Assembly: GCA_029879945.1 (NCBI GenBank)
Contig: JAOUPJ010000001.1
Location: 1 to 39,049, forward strand
Reading direction: 5' to 3'
Length of the DNA: 39,049 nt
Source: Gammaproteobacteria bacterium
GTDB lineage: Bacteria > Pseudomonadota > Gammaproteobacteria > S012-40
This document shows positions 25,523 through 33,148 of this stretch, piece by piece. Within the stretch, counting starts at the first letter, position 1, and the number at the start of each line of letters is the position of its first letter. The notes beneath the pieces were generated by a model. It was not told the DNA's origin, made no database searches, and worked only from the letters and a program-made list of their open reading frames with translations. The position numbers were made by a program, and so were the translations under genes.

Positions 25523-26571
25523 GCCCACTCAACCCGATACTCGAAGAGGCGCTCCCGGAAAAGGACGAGACCGCCGGAATTGAGAAGCCACTCCGTCTAC
25601 TCAAGCATGTCCCCGAAGACCCAGCGGCCCTGCTTGATTTGGCCAATCATTCCATCGTTTCGTCGCGTCAGTTCACCTCTGAGCATGTCAAACAATTGAT
25701 TCGCCTCGCGGCCAAACACGAGGCCGTACCGCAACAGGCCCGTCGTCCACTGGTGGGAAAAATTCTAATCAGTGCCTTTTACGAACCCAGCACGCGCACG
25801 CGGCTCTCTTTCGAAAGTGCCTGGCATCGCTTGGGCGGCGACATCATGTCGATTACCGATCCCGCAACCACCGGGATTGCCAAGGGCGAATCATTTTCCG
25901 ATGTGGGTGAGATGTTGAATAATTATGGCGATCTGGTTGTGTTACGTGAAACGAATCATCAAGCCATCTACAGAATGATGGAAGGCCTGCGTATTCCCAT
26001 TGTGAATGCCGGTAATGGCACCGACGAGCATCCCACCCAGGCGCTGGCCGATATGTATGCCATTTTCAAATGGCGTCTTGAGCTGATGGATAAAGACATC
26101 GCAGAGAACAAAAAGGTACGCATTGGCATTGTCGGCCTGCCTTCAACCATGCGCACTGTACGTAGTCTGCTTTATCTACTGGCCTTGTTTCCGCAAAGTT
26201 TCAAGGAAGTCGTCATTATTTGTAACGAGGAAGAGGTCTTCTCAGAAAGTCAAAAAGAAAATCTGGAAGAAATGGGGCTAATACTGCGTGTCAGTAACGA
26301 TCTTAAAAAAGAGCTGCCCAAACTCGATATCGTATACATCAACTCCATTGCCTGGATCGGCGATGACTATAAAGAATTTGGTCAGGAGTTCGCGCTATCA
26401 AAAAGTTCGCCTTTAAAAAAGGGTGCCATCATCATGCACCCTCTGGCACGAGGACGTGAGCTCTCTACCGACCTGGACGACACGCCACATAATTGGTACT
26501 TCGCTCAAGCAAGAGGTGCAGTCTTTATTCGCATGGCTCTCTTGACGTGTCTCGTGCAGCACAATTGGTAA
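25516..26571 (+). CDS. Aspartate carbamoyltransferase-like transcarbamylase paralogue with an altered second-substrate site
   Basis: Start at ATG 25516 (AAGG upstream), 351 aa. STRTRLSFE, HPTQALAD, MRTVRSL and HPLARGRELSTDLDDTPHNWYF align to E. coli PyrB. The TRVQKER motif is replaced by NSIAWIG. Confidence 0.85.
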   Translation: MVSPLNPILEEALPEKDETAGIEKPLRLLKHVPEDPAALLDLANHSIVSSRQFTSEHVKQLIRLAAKHEAVPQQARRPLVGKILISAFYEPSTRTRLSFESAWHRLGGDIMSITDPATTGIAKGESFSDVGEMLNNYGDLVVLRETNHQAIYRMMEGLRIPIVNAGNGTDEHPTQALADMYAIFKWRLELMDKDIAENKKVRIGIVGLPSTMRTVRSLLYLLALFPQSFKEVVIICNEEEVFSESQKENLEEMGLILRVSNDLKKELPKLDIVYINSIAWIGDDYKEFGQEFALSKSSPLKKGAIIMHPLARGRELSTDLDDTPHNWYFAQARGAVFIRMALLTCLVQHNW

Positions 26572-26695
26572 TGACTGTGTCGCAAGATTCGTCCTCAAAC
26601 GAAAAACAGTCACCCATCCACTGATCGAGTCGGTGGAAGTTTTAATGCGTTCCCGGTGCAAGGAGGACGCACTCAATACTACAAAGAGGTTTTTT

Positions 26696-28744
26696 ATGTG
26701 CGGTATAGCGGGCGTTTTGAACGTCGATCCACAGTTTTCCGTTGATCCCCAACTTCTGGTCAACATGGCGGCTATCCAATACCACCGTGGTCCCGATGGA
26801 TTTGGCTACCGTACCCTAGACGATCGCGGAATCGGTTTCGCCCATGCGCGTCTGTCCATTATTGATCTGGACGAGAATCGGGGCCGCCAACCTTTCGTCT
26901 CTCAGGACCAGCAGCTCCTGCTCACCCACAATGGTGAGTTCTATGACTACAAACGACTCCGCGCCGACCTTAGTTCACGCGGCGAACGTTTTAGCAGTAA
27001 GAGTGATTCGGAAATAGTGCTGCATTTGTACCCACGCCTTGGTCTCGAAGACATGCTTCCTTATTTGCGTGGTGAATTCGCCTTTGCCTTATATGATAAA
27101 AGAAAAGACAAGCTGATCCTGGTACGGGACCGCTTTGGTATCAAGCCTCTGTACTGGACCCAGGTCAACGGTAGCTTTGTTTTTGGTTCCGAAATAAAGG
27201 TTCTGTTTGCTCATCCCAAGGTGCCGCGAAAAATCAGCGACACGGGCCTATACCACCAACTCATGCAAACCATTGCGCCCGGCACAACCCCTTTCGAAAA
27301 CATTCACCAGGTCGCACCCGGGCATGCACTCATCGTTGAACGCGTCCATGGAAAATTTAGAATCACAAGCCAAAAATATTGGGACATGGATTTTCCACTG
27401 CACTCGGAAAGAAAAGAGAAAGAAGACCAATACTATATAGAAGGCGTGCGCGAAAAACTGCTGGAGGCCGTACAACACCGACTGGAAGCCGATGTACCCG
27501 TGGCCTGCTACTTATCCGGCGGTATCGATTCCTGCTCCATACTGGGGCTATCCTCCGCCTCACAACAGTCTCCGGTGAAGGCATTCACCATCGGTTTTGA
27601 CGATGCCGATTATGACGAGACCGCTATTGCGAAAGAAATGGCTGCCGCCACCGGGGCAGACCAGGACATCATGATGCTTAACGCCAGGCATTTATACGAC
27701 AATTTTGCGCGCACCATCTGGCATACAGAACGCTCCATCTACAACACACTGGGCGTGGCCAAACTATTGATGAGTCAACATGTGAACCGGGCGGGATATC
27801 GTGTGGTCGTTACCGGCGAGGGCTCAGACGAATTGTTCTCAGGCTACCCCTCTTTCAGACGTGACATGTTCCTCTACGGTATGGACCATCTCAATGCCAG
27901 TGAGCGCGTCGCCTGGGAACAGATGCTGGCGGAAAGCAACAAACTATTCAAGGGTGCCATGCTCGCCGAAGAAGCCTGGGCCGATCCATTTCTGGATAAG
28001 ACACTGGGCTTCACCCCCAGTTGTCTGCAGCCCTGGCTCGCCAGCAGTCAACATGTCCTGGGTATCGTCGACGCAGGTCGTGCTAAAAACCTGAAAGACT
28101 ACCAAGCCGGCCAGGCCATCGCCGATGCGCTGGATGTAGATATGCTTGCCGAACGTCACCCCCTGGACAAGGCCCAGTACGTGTGGATCAAAACTCAATT
28201 GGAAGGACAGATTCTCACTTGGGGAGGGGATCGTGTGGACATGGCCAATTCCATGGAGGCCCGTCCTGCCTTTCTGGATCACCACCTGGCCGAGTTCGCT
28301 ACACAACTGCCCCCGAGCATGCGCATACGGGGTCGCGTTGAAAAATTCGTATTGCGCGAGGCCATGAAGGGTCTGCTGCCTACGGTTTTGTACGAACGGG
28401 AAAAATTCGCCTTCATGGCTCCCCCCGCCCACACCGATCCTGAAAAATGGCAAGCCATGAAAGGTCTGGCTGATCGATATCTCTCTCCGGCCGCTATCAA
28501 CGATGCGGGCTTGCTCAGCGAGAATGGGGTGAATGCGCTATTCGCCCTGCACGAAAACCCGAACACATCCGCCGCCACTCAGGTACAATTGGATGCAGTT
28601 ATCAATCACATGCTCAGCGTTCAAATGATGCATGAAAAATTTATTGCTGCAGACCTGCCTAGACTGGCTCAAGAGCAAGCAGTAAAACTGGGCTGGAGCG
28701 TTACATCGGTCCCCGAAAATGAAAGAGATTATTCAAGACACTAG
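26696..28744 (+). CDS. Asparagine synthase (glutamine-hydrolysing) family amidotransferase, 682 aa
   Basis: AAGAGG RBS, then MCGIAGVL (the Cys2 nucleophile fixes the start). PP-loop YLSGGIDSCS. The track ORF starts 63 nt further upstream. Confidence 0.9.
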   Translation: MCGIAGVLNVDPQFSVDPQLLVNMAAIQYHRGPDGFGYRTLDDRGIGFAHARLSIIDLDENRGRQPFVSQDQQLLLTHNGEFYDYKRLRADLSSRGERFSSKSDSEIVLHLYPRLGLEDMLPYLRGEFAFALYDKRKDKLILVRDRFGIKPLYWTQVNGSFVFGSEIKVLFAHPKVPRKISDTGLYHQLMQTIAPGTTPFENIHQVAPGHALIVERVHGKFRITSQKYWDMDFPLHSERKEKEDQYYIEGVREKLLEAVQHRLEADVPVACYLSGGIDSCSILGLSSASQQSPVKAFTIGFDDADYDETAIAKEMAAATGADQDIMMLNARHLYDNFARTIWHTERSIYNTLGVAKLLMSQHVNRAGYRVVVTGEGSDELFSGYPSFRRDMFLYGMDHLNASERVAWEQMLAESNKLFKGAMLAEEAWADPFLDKTLGFTPSCLQPWLASSQHVLGIVDAGRAKNLKDYQAGQAIADALDVDMLAERHPLDKAQYVWIKTQLEGQILTWGGDRVDMANSMEARPAFLDHHLAEFATQLPPSMRIRGRVEKFVLREAMKGLLPTVLYEREKFAFMAPPAHTDPEKWQAMKGLADRYLSPAAINDAGLLSENGVNALFALHENPNTSAATQVQLDAVINHMLSVQMMHEKFIAADLPRLAQEQAVKLGWSVTSVPENERDYSRH

Positions 28745-29240
28745 CGCCACACTGGTTAAAAAGGGCGCCACAAAAAGCGAAAGGGATGAGCTGGCCAAAG
28801 CGGTGCTACAAAACCTGCGCGTAGTGGTGCGCACCACTCAAGCCCATTCACGCTGGATAGAAAAGAGTTCGGGCATCACAGGTGCCCAACTGTGGGCCCT
28901 GTGGGAGCTATTCGCGCAGCCGGGGCAAAAGGTGTCAGACTTGTCCCGTGCCCTGTCCATACATCAATCCACCGCCAGCAATATGCTGGATAAGCTCGAG
29001 GAACGAGGACTGATTCGTCGTGATCGCAGCGGGCCCGACCAGCGGGTCGTTCAATTATTTCTCACCCGTGAAGGCACCGATCTGCTTTCAGATGCACCAC
29101 GCCCGGCTCAGGGTGCCATTATGGACGCGCTGAAGTCCATGTCTAACGGAGACCTGCTCAATCTGAATCAGGGTCTCAACAGTTTGCTCGACCATATGCA
29201 AGTGTGGGAAAAAAATGCAGCCTTGAACCCCTTGAGCTAG
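28719..29240 (+). CDS. MarR-family transcriptional regulator
   Basis: 173 aa. Winged HTH (GITGAQLWALWELFAQPGQKVSDLSRALSIHQSTASNMLDKLEERGLIRRDR). Overlaps the asnB-like 3' end by 26 nt. Confidence 0.85.
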   Translation: MKEIIQDTSATLVKKGATKSERDELAKAVLQNLRVVVRTTQAHSRWIEKSSGITGAQLWALWELFAQPGQKVSDLSRALSIHQSTASNMLDKLEERGLIRRDRSGPDQRVVQLFLTREGTDLLSDAPRPAQGAIMDALKSMSNGDLLNLNQGLNSLLDHMQVWEKNAALNPLS

Positions 29241-29259
29241 ATTTTTTCGGCAACAAAAA

Positions 29260-29283
29260 AAGGCGGACCATCAGGCCCGCCTT
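29260..29283. terminator. Terminator between the convergent marR-like and cytochrome c4 genes
   Basis: AAGGCGG (29260-29266) pairs with CCGCCTT (29277-29283). The A-run on the plus side gives a T-run for the minus-strand transcript. Confidence 0.65.
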
Positions 29284-29305
29284 CTCTTCCGAAATACTCT
29301 AATCC

Positions 29306-29935
29306 TTAGAGACTTGAGAGGTATTCAGATACTGCTTCGATTTCTGCATCGGACAGGCGCTTTGCAATATCGCCCATCATGCCAGCTGGGTCATTCTTAC
29401 GCTCGCCAGAGCGGAAGGTGGTGAGCTGGGCAACAAGATAATCTTTATTTTGACCACCAATTACAGGAAAGACCTGGTTAGAACCAGACTTGCCCTTGCC
29501 ATTCTTACCGTGGCAATTCACACAGCCATAAAGACCGGTTTTGGGATTGCCGGAAGCAAAAATAGTCTCACCCTGTTTGAGAAGCTTACCGTCAGATCCG
29601 GGGATCATCGCAGTCATAGACTTCTGAGTGGAGAAGTAAGCTGCGATATCTTTGAGATCCTGGTTGCTGGCAACAGTCAACGCCATTGGAGACATGGTGT
29701 CGTTGTAGCGGTGATTGTTTTTGAAATCAGTCACTTGCTTGAAGATGTAGCCAGGCTTTTGACCGGCAAGATTAGGAAAATTCGGCGCAATTGATTGACC
29801 ATTTTCACCGTGGCAACCATGGCAAAGCGCTGATTTTACTGCACCTTCTTTCGGGTCTCCACCCGCTGCAAATGCCCCCCCTGAAGCTGCAACGATAGCA
29901 GCCAGGCCTAGAATGAAAGACATTTTTCTTATCAT
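29306..29935 (-). CDS. Dihaem cytochrome c4
   Basis: Start chosen at ATG 29935 (MIRKMSFILGLAAIVAASGGAFA signal), 209 aa. Two CxxCH motifs (CHGCH, CVNCH). The track ORF extends to 30061. Confidence 0.9.
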   Translation of the reverse strand: MIRKMSFILGLAAIVAASGGAFAAGGDPKEGAVKSALCHGCHGENGQSIAPNFPNLAGQKPGYIFKQVTDFKNNHRYNDTMSPMALTVASNQDLKDIAAYFSTQKSMTAMIPGSDGKLLKQGETIFASGNPKTGLYGCVNCHGKNGKGKSGSNQVFPVIGGQNKDYLVAQLTTFRSGERKNDPAGMMGDIAKRLSDAEIEAVSEYLSSL

Positions 29936-30010
29936 ATTCAACCCTTTAGATTCCTTTAACCTAGATCGAGTTACAAACAGACTCGTCATCAAAAAACTTT
30001 TGAAGTCTGT

Positions 30011-30038
30011 ATTGTAATATCGTGGCCGGGGATGTAAA
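30011..30038 (-). promoter_or_regulatory. Possible sigma-70 promoter for cytochrome c4
   Basis: Minus strand reads TTTACA (30038-30033), 16-nt spacer, TACAAT (30016-30011). Confidence 0.4.
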
Positions 30039-30093
30039 GCCCAAAGCAAAAGAAATGTCACGAATCAGAGACAATTCTGCTCATTTTTTCACA

Positions 30094-31173
30094 TCATCCC
30101 TTTGAATCGGGCTGCATGGCCTTTCTGAACAGGTGGGGCACCAAAAGATGCAGCGGCATCCGCATATAATGTGATCGAACAAATAGACACCAACGGGCAA
30201 ACCCGCTGAATCCGTCATCACAACTTTGATGATCGGGGCGCAGAACGCGTCGATATAAAAAATCCATCGCTGACTTGCGCAACCCTACTCCCGAGGCGCC
30301 ACGCAATGCATCCAGGGTGTCCTGTGGTATTTGCGAGTCCAGAACCTGTCTACAATAGTGTAATGCATAAAAAGTAGGCAGACTCAGGTCCAATGTGGCA
30401 GCCCGTGCAGTGAGTTTTTGCCAAAATTGCGCGTCGCGCCCACTGAACTCGTCCAACAAATATTTTAAATCGAACAAATCCCGTAGCGCATTTTCAAACT
30501 CGCCCTCGTGGAACAGATGCGTGGCACTGTGGATGATCCTATCCAATGGGGAAAGTGCATAGATATTACGCTGCGCATCCAGGCAAACCGCATCGGCCAG
30601 GAGGCGCTTCGGGTCAGGATGAAAGCGCGCCGTATCGGGCAGTATGCTGTGGTGCACATCCAGGCTGCTTTTGCGCGTGATGTGTCGCAATGGCGGTAAC
30701 TCATGCATCCACTTGCGATAGTAACGTTGATCGTAGGAATCCATGATTCCCGTTATCCAGCCGTAGTTGCGCAGGGTCAGTTCCACTTTACTGATCAATT
30801 CCCTGGGAACCAGAATATCCACATCATTGAAGACACGCTGCCGACCGGCATCCAGCCCTGCAATATGGTAGGCGCTCCCTTTCAATAAAACCAAGGGGAC
30901 ATCAATGCGCGACAAGGCCTTGCTCAAGGCGTGAACCTCCCAGTCCACCGTTTGTCTTTGCTTGGCAGCGACGGTATCGGCAGAAAGTAGATGGGCCTTG
31001 GACTGTTCAGGGACCGCGTCCCAAACGCCATTTTCCCTACACACCAGAGACAATCTGGCCATGAGTCGAGCCTGCCTAGCCTGGCGTATGAGCAAGTCCC
31101 ATTGATTCAGCGACAGTGAGGGAACCCTCTCCTTCGGGTGCAGCAGACAATCGACCAGCAACGGCGTTTGCAT
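30094..31173 (-). CDS. Nucleotidyltransferase family protein (NTP_transf_5-like)
   Basis: LLKGSAYHIAGLDAGRQRVFNDVDILVPRE. ATG 31173 overlaps the upstream stop by 1 nt (TGATG). Confidence 0.78.
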   Translation of the reverse strand: MQTPLLVDCLLHPKERVPSLSLNQWDLLIRQARQARLMARLSLVCRENGVWDAVPEQSKAHLLSADTVAAKQRQTVDWEVHALSKALSRIDVPLVLLKGSAYHIAGLDAGRQRVFNDVDILVPRELISKVELTLRNYGWITGIMDSYDQRYYRKWMHELPPLRHITRKSSLDVHHSILPDTARFHPDPKRLLADAVCLDAQRNIYALSPLDRIIHSATHLFHEGEFENALRDLFDLKYLLDEFSGRDAQFWQKLTARAATLDLSLPTFYALHYCRQVLDSQIPQDTLDALRGASGVGLRKSAMDFLYRRVLRPDHQSCDDGFSGFARWCLFVRSHYMRMPLHLLVPHLFRKAMQPDSKG

Positions 31174-32069
31174 CAAACCTTCCCCTCAAAGAGTTGATCA
31201 AACACCTTTACCGCGTCATCCAGGCGACTATAGCTGAAACGGTAGCAGTGACATCGGTCCATCAGGTCTGCTGTCATATCATAGGCAGTAGCCCCTAATA
31301 CGCTGTAATTAAAAGCATTTAAGGCCACCTCCATGAACATATCCCCTTTGTCCATATCGATGAGCGTGGCCGCCGCCTCAGGCACATACTTGGGCAGAAC
31401 CACCCATGTGGGCATGGCGGTCTGCTCCTGCAGCGTGATCATCTCATGGGGTACTTTAAGGTGGGCGACGGTGCCCTTGGCCGTGTCATGGGCAATGGGG
31501 CCAATTTCTGCGGCCGCATCATAGTTGCGAATGATGTCGATGGACTGATTCTTCAAACTCACCGGGCGCGGTACTGGATGAATGAGCCCGGTCTGCGGAT
31601 TGATCATGCACAACTCATCCGATAGCAATCGCCATCCTCGATGGATCAGCCCGGCGCAGAGCGTACTCTTTCCTGAGCCCGGAGGCGCCGGCAGAATCAC
31701 CGCCTTATTGTCACGGGCAATGACGGCGGCATGGAAAATCAGATATTGGTTACTGTGTTGGGCAAAACACCAGTTCAGTCCCCATTCAAAAAAGGCAAAG
31801 GCCTGCGAATAGGGCAAGGGTTTAAAGGGTTGGCGTCCATCGAAATAAAACAGCGCCTGGGGATGATACCAACGACGCAGGCCACCGGGGGCCTTGATGG
31901 CGACGTGGAAGTCGATGAAATCTTGCGCATCGAGTGATGGGTAATCTCGATAGAGCTGCTCCATTCCGAGCAACACGGTTTTGAGCTGAGATTGTACGGA
32001 AACGGAAAAGGGACCTATACGTATTTTCAGTCCCTCGTTCTGCAGTTCGGTGGAGAGCCTTGAATTCAT
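31173..32069 (-). CDS. HprK-related kinase A-type P-loop protein
   Basis: 298 aa. HAAVIARDNKAVILPAPPGSGKSTLCAGLIHRGWRLLSDE resembles the HPr kinase C-terminal fold and P-loop. Its start overlaps the PqqD-like stop by 1 nt. Confidence 0.82.
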   Translation of the reverse strand: MNSRLSTELQNEGLKIRIGPFSVSVQSQLKTVLLGMEQLYRDYPSLDAQDFIDFHVAIKAPGGLRRWYHPQALFYFDGRQPFKPLPYSQAFAFFEWGLNWCFAQHSNQYLIFHAAVIARDNKAVILPAPPGSGKSTLCAGLIHRGWRLLSDELCMINPQTGLIHPVPRPVSLKNQSIDIIRNYDAAAEIGPIAHDTAKGTVAHLKVPHEMITLQEQTAMPTWVVLPKYVPEAAATLIDMDKGDMFMEVALNAFNYSVLGATAYDMTADLMDRCHCYRFSYSRLDDAVKVFDQLFEGKV

Positions 32070-32350
32070 CAGCCCTCTACCTTTTCAATAATGCTCAGCC
32101 TGAGGAGTTCCTTGAGAAAGATTTCGATCAATTCCCGCACTTCCTCGTCGATCGATTCCATCCCCTGCTGCTGCAGGAAGGCGCAGATATCCTCCACACT
32201 CATGGCCTGGTTCTGTAGCTGTTCCAGAATACTGATGTAGGGCTGTTTGAAAAGGTGCGTGTCTCCCGTACCGTGGTGATAGCAGACACAACTGTCTCCC
32301 CAGCAGCGCCAGCTCAGTTTGACTTGTTCCGGGACACGCCAAGTCTCCAC
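32069..32350 (-). CDS. PqqD-family peptide chaperone (HPr-rel-A system type)
   Basis: 93 aa. GTG start with GGAG 8 nt upstream. WRCWGDSCVCYHHGTGDTHLF..., then a winged-helix-like remainder. Confidence 0.78.
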   Translation of the reverse strand: METWRVPEQVKLSWRCWGDSCVCYHHGTGDTHLFKQPYISILEQLQNQAMSVEDICAFLQQQGMESIDEEVRELIEIFLKELLRLSIIEKVEG

Positions 32351-32447
32351 AACACACTCCAGGATGGGTTTTGAGTGAGAATGATTATCTCATGAAAACA
32401 AGAACATGGATAAAGGTATATGGGATTTTATCGGCGAGTGGGGGAAG

Positions 32448-32475
32448 AAATGGAGGGACATACACCCCTCCATTT
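32448..32475 (-). promoter_or_regulatory. Intercistronic stem-loop directly after the P1 stop (partial terminator or RNA-stability element)
   Basis: Perfect 10-bp stem AAATGGAGGG (32448-32457) / CCCTCCATTT (32466-32475) with an 8-nt loop, starting 5 nt after the TAA at 32480-32482. No U-tract follows on the minus strand. Confidence 0.5.
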
Positions 32476-32479
32476 AGAT

Positions 32480-33148
32480 TTAATTCAGAGGACAGTATTG
32501 ATTGTTGAGAAAATCCAGGGAGTTTTTGGCCTCTTCCATCAACTCAAGATTACAGCTTTCCCAGGCGTTCTGGAAACTGGCAATCACTTCTTCAACCGTG
32601 AGGTCAAAGCTGACAGTAGTCGCCGCATTTTGCAGCGCTGCTACAGAGTGAAAACCCAGCTGTCTCAACATGCTGTGGTAGTTCGACCCCTTATGATGGC
32701 CACCGTTATGATGATCACCATCGTTATCGTAGTCGAAACTGCAGCCTGCGGGTGGCTCTCCGCGAATGCCATCGTCGTCTTCAACGCTCACGATTTCGAG
32801 TAAAGTTCTGCCAGGAAAGGCGGATGTTTGGAAAACGGTGTCAAATAGAGCCTCAGGAGGAAGCATTGAATGCCAGCTGTCCAGGTGAGTCTTCCAGTAG
32901 CCGGGAGAACACCCTTCGCCACCACATTTTTCATCCTCATCCTGGTGTGAGAGATTTCCAGAGAGTTGTCCAGAAAGTGTACATTTATTCGCCCAGGCTG
33001 GCTTGTTGGCAAGCGTCATCACAACCGGTGCTGCAAGCAGGCTGGACTTGGCAAATCTTCTTTTCGACAGGTCTACTTTCTCAGTGGCCTGTTCTTTTGT
33101 TACTTCATTTTCTCTCTTAGACTCAGAAAACTTATTATCATCAGTCAT
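32480..33148 (-). CDS. P1: exported hypothetical protein with a twin-arginine-like signal and six conserved Cys; family not recognised
   Basis: 222 aa. LSKRRFAKSSLLAAPVVMTLANKPAWA/NKCTLSGQLSGNLSH, CGGEGCS, PPAGC, SC, CPL. Paralogue of the gene at 34999-35634. Confidence 0.8.
   Translation of the reverse strand: MTDDNKFSESKRENEVTKEQATEKVDLSKRRFAKSSLLAAPVVMTLANKPAWANKCTLSGQLSGNLSHQDEDEKCGGEGCSPGYWKTHLDSWHSMLPPEALFDTVFQTSAFPGRTLLEIVSVEDDDGIRGEPPAGCSFDYDNDGDHHNGGHHKGSNYHSMLRQLGFHSVAALQNAATTVSFDLTVEEVIASFQNAWESCNLELMEEAKNSLDFLNNQYCPLN

Noticed and set aside
26696-32350. Lasso-peptide gene cluster (Asn-synthase-like cyclase, PqqD-like RRE, HPr-kinase-like tailoring enzyme, nucleotidyltransferase)
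   Set aside because: The AsnB paralogue keeps the glutaminase Cys2 and full length typical of true amidotransferases. It is on the opposite strand, in a different operon, and is separated by the marR-like and cytochrome c4 genes. No transglutaminase-like B2 protease, short precursor or ABC exporter is present.
32085-32357. Alternative 90-aa minus-strand ORF overlapping the PqqD-like gene
   Set aside because: The other frame (32069-32350) has the PqqD-like W..W..CYHHGTGDTHLF signature, a GGAG RBS and the 1-nt coupling to the kinase gene.
32480-32540. PEP-CTERM or other sorting tail on P1 (and on P2 at 34999-35060)
   Set aside because: The C-termini (..FLNNQYCPLN and ..LNSQLCPLGGAA) have no PEP motif, TM helix or basic tail.
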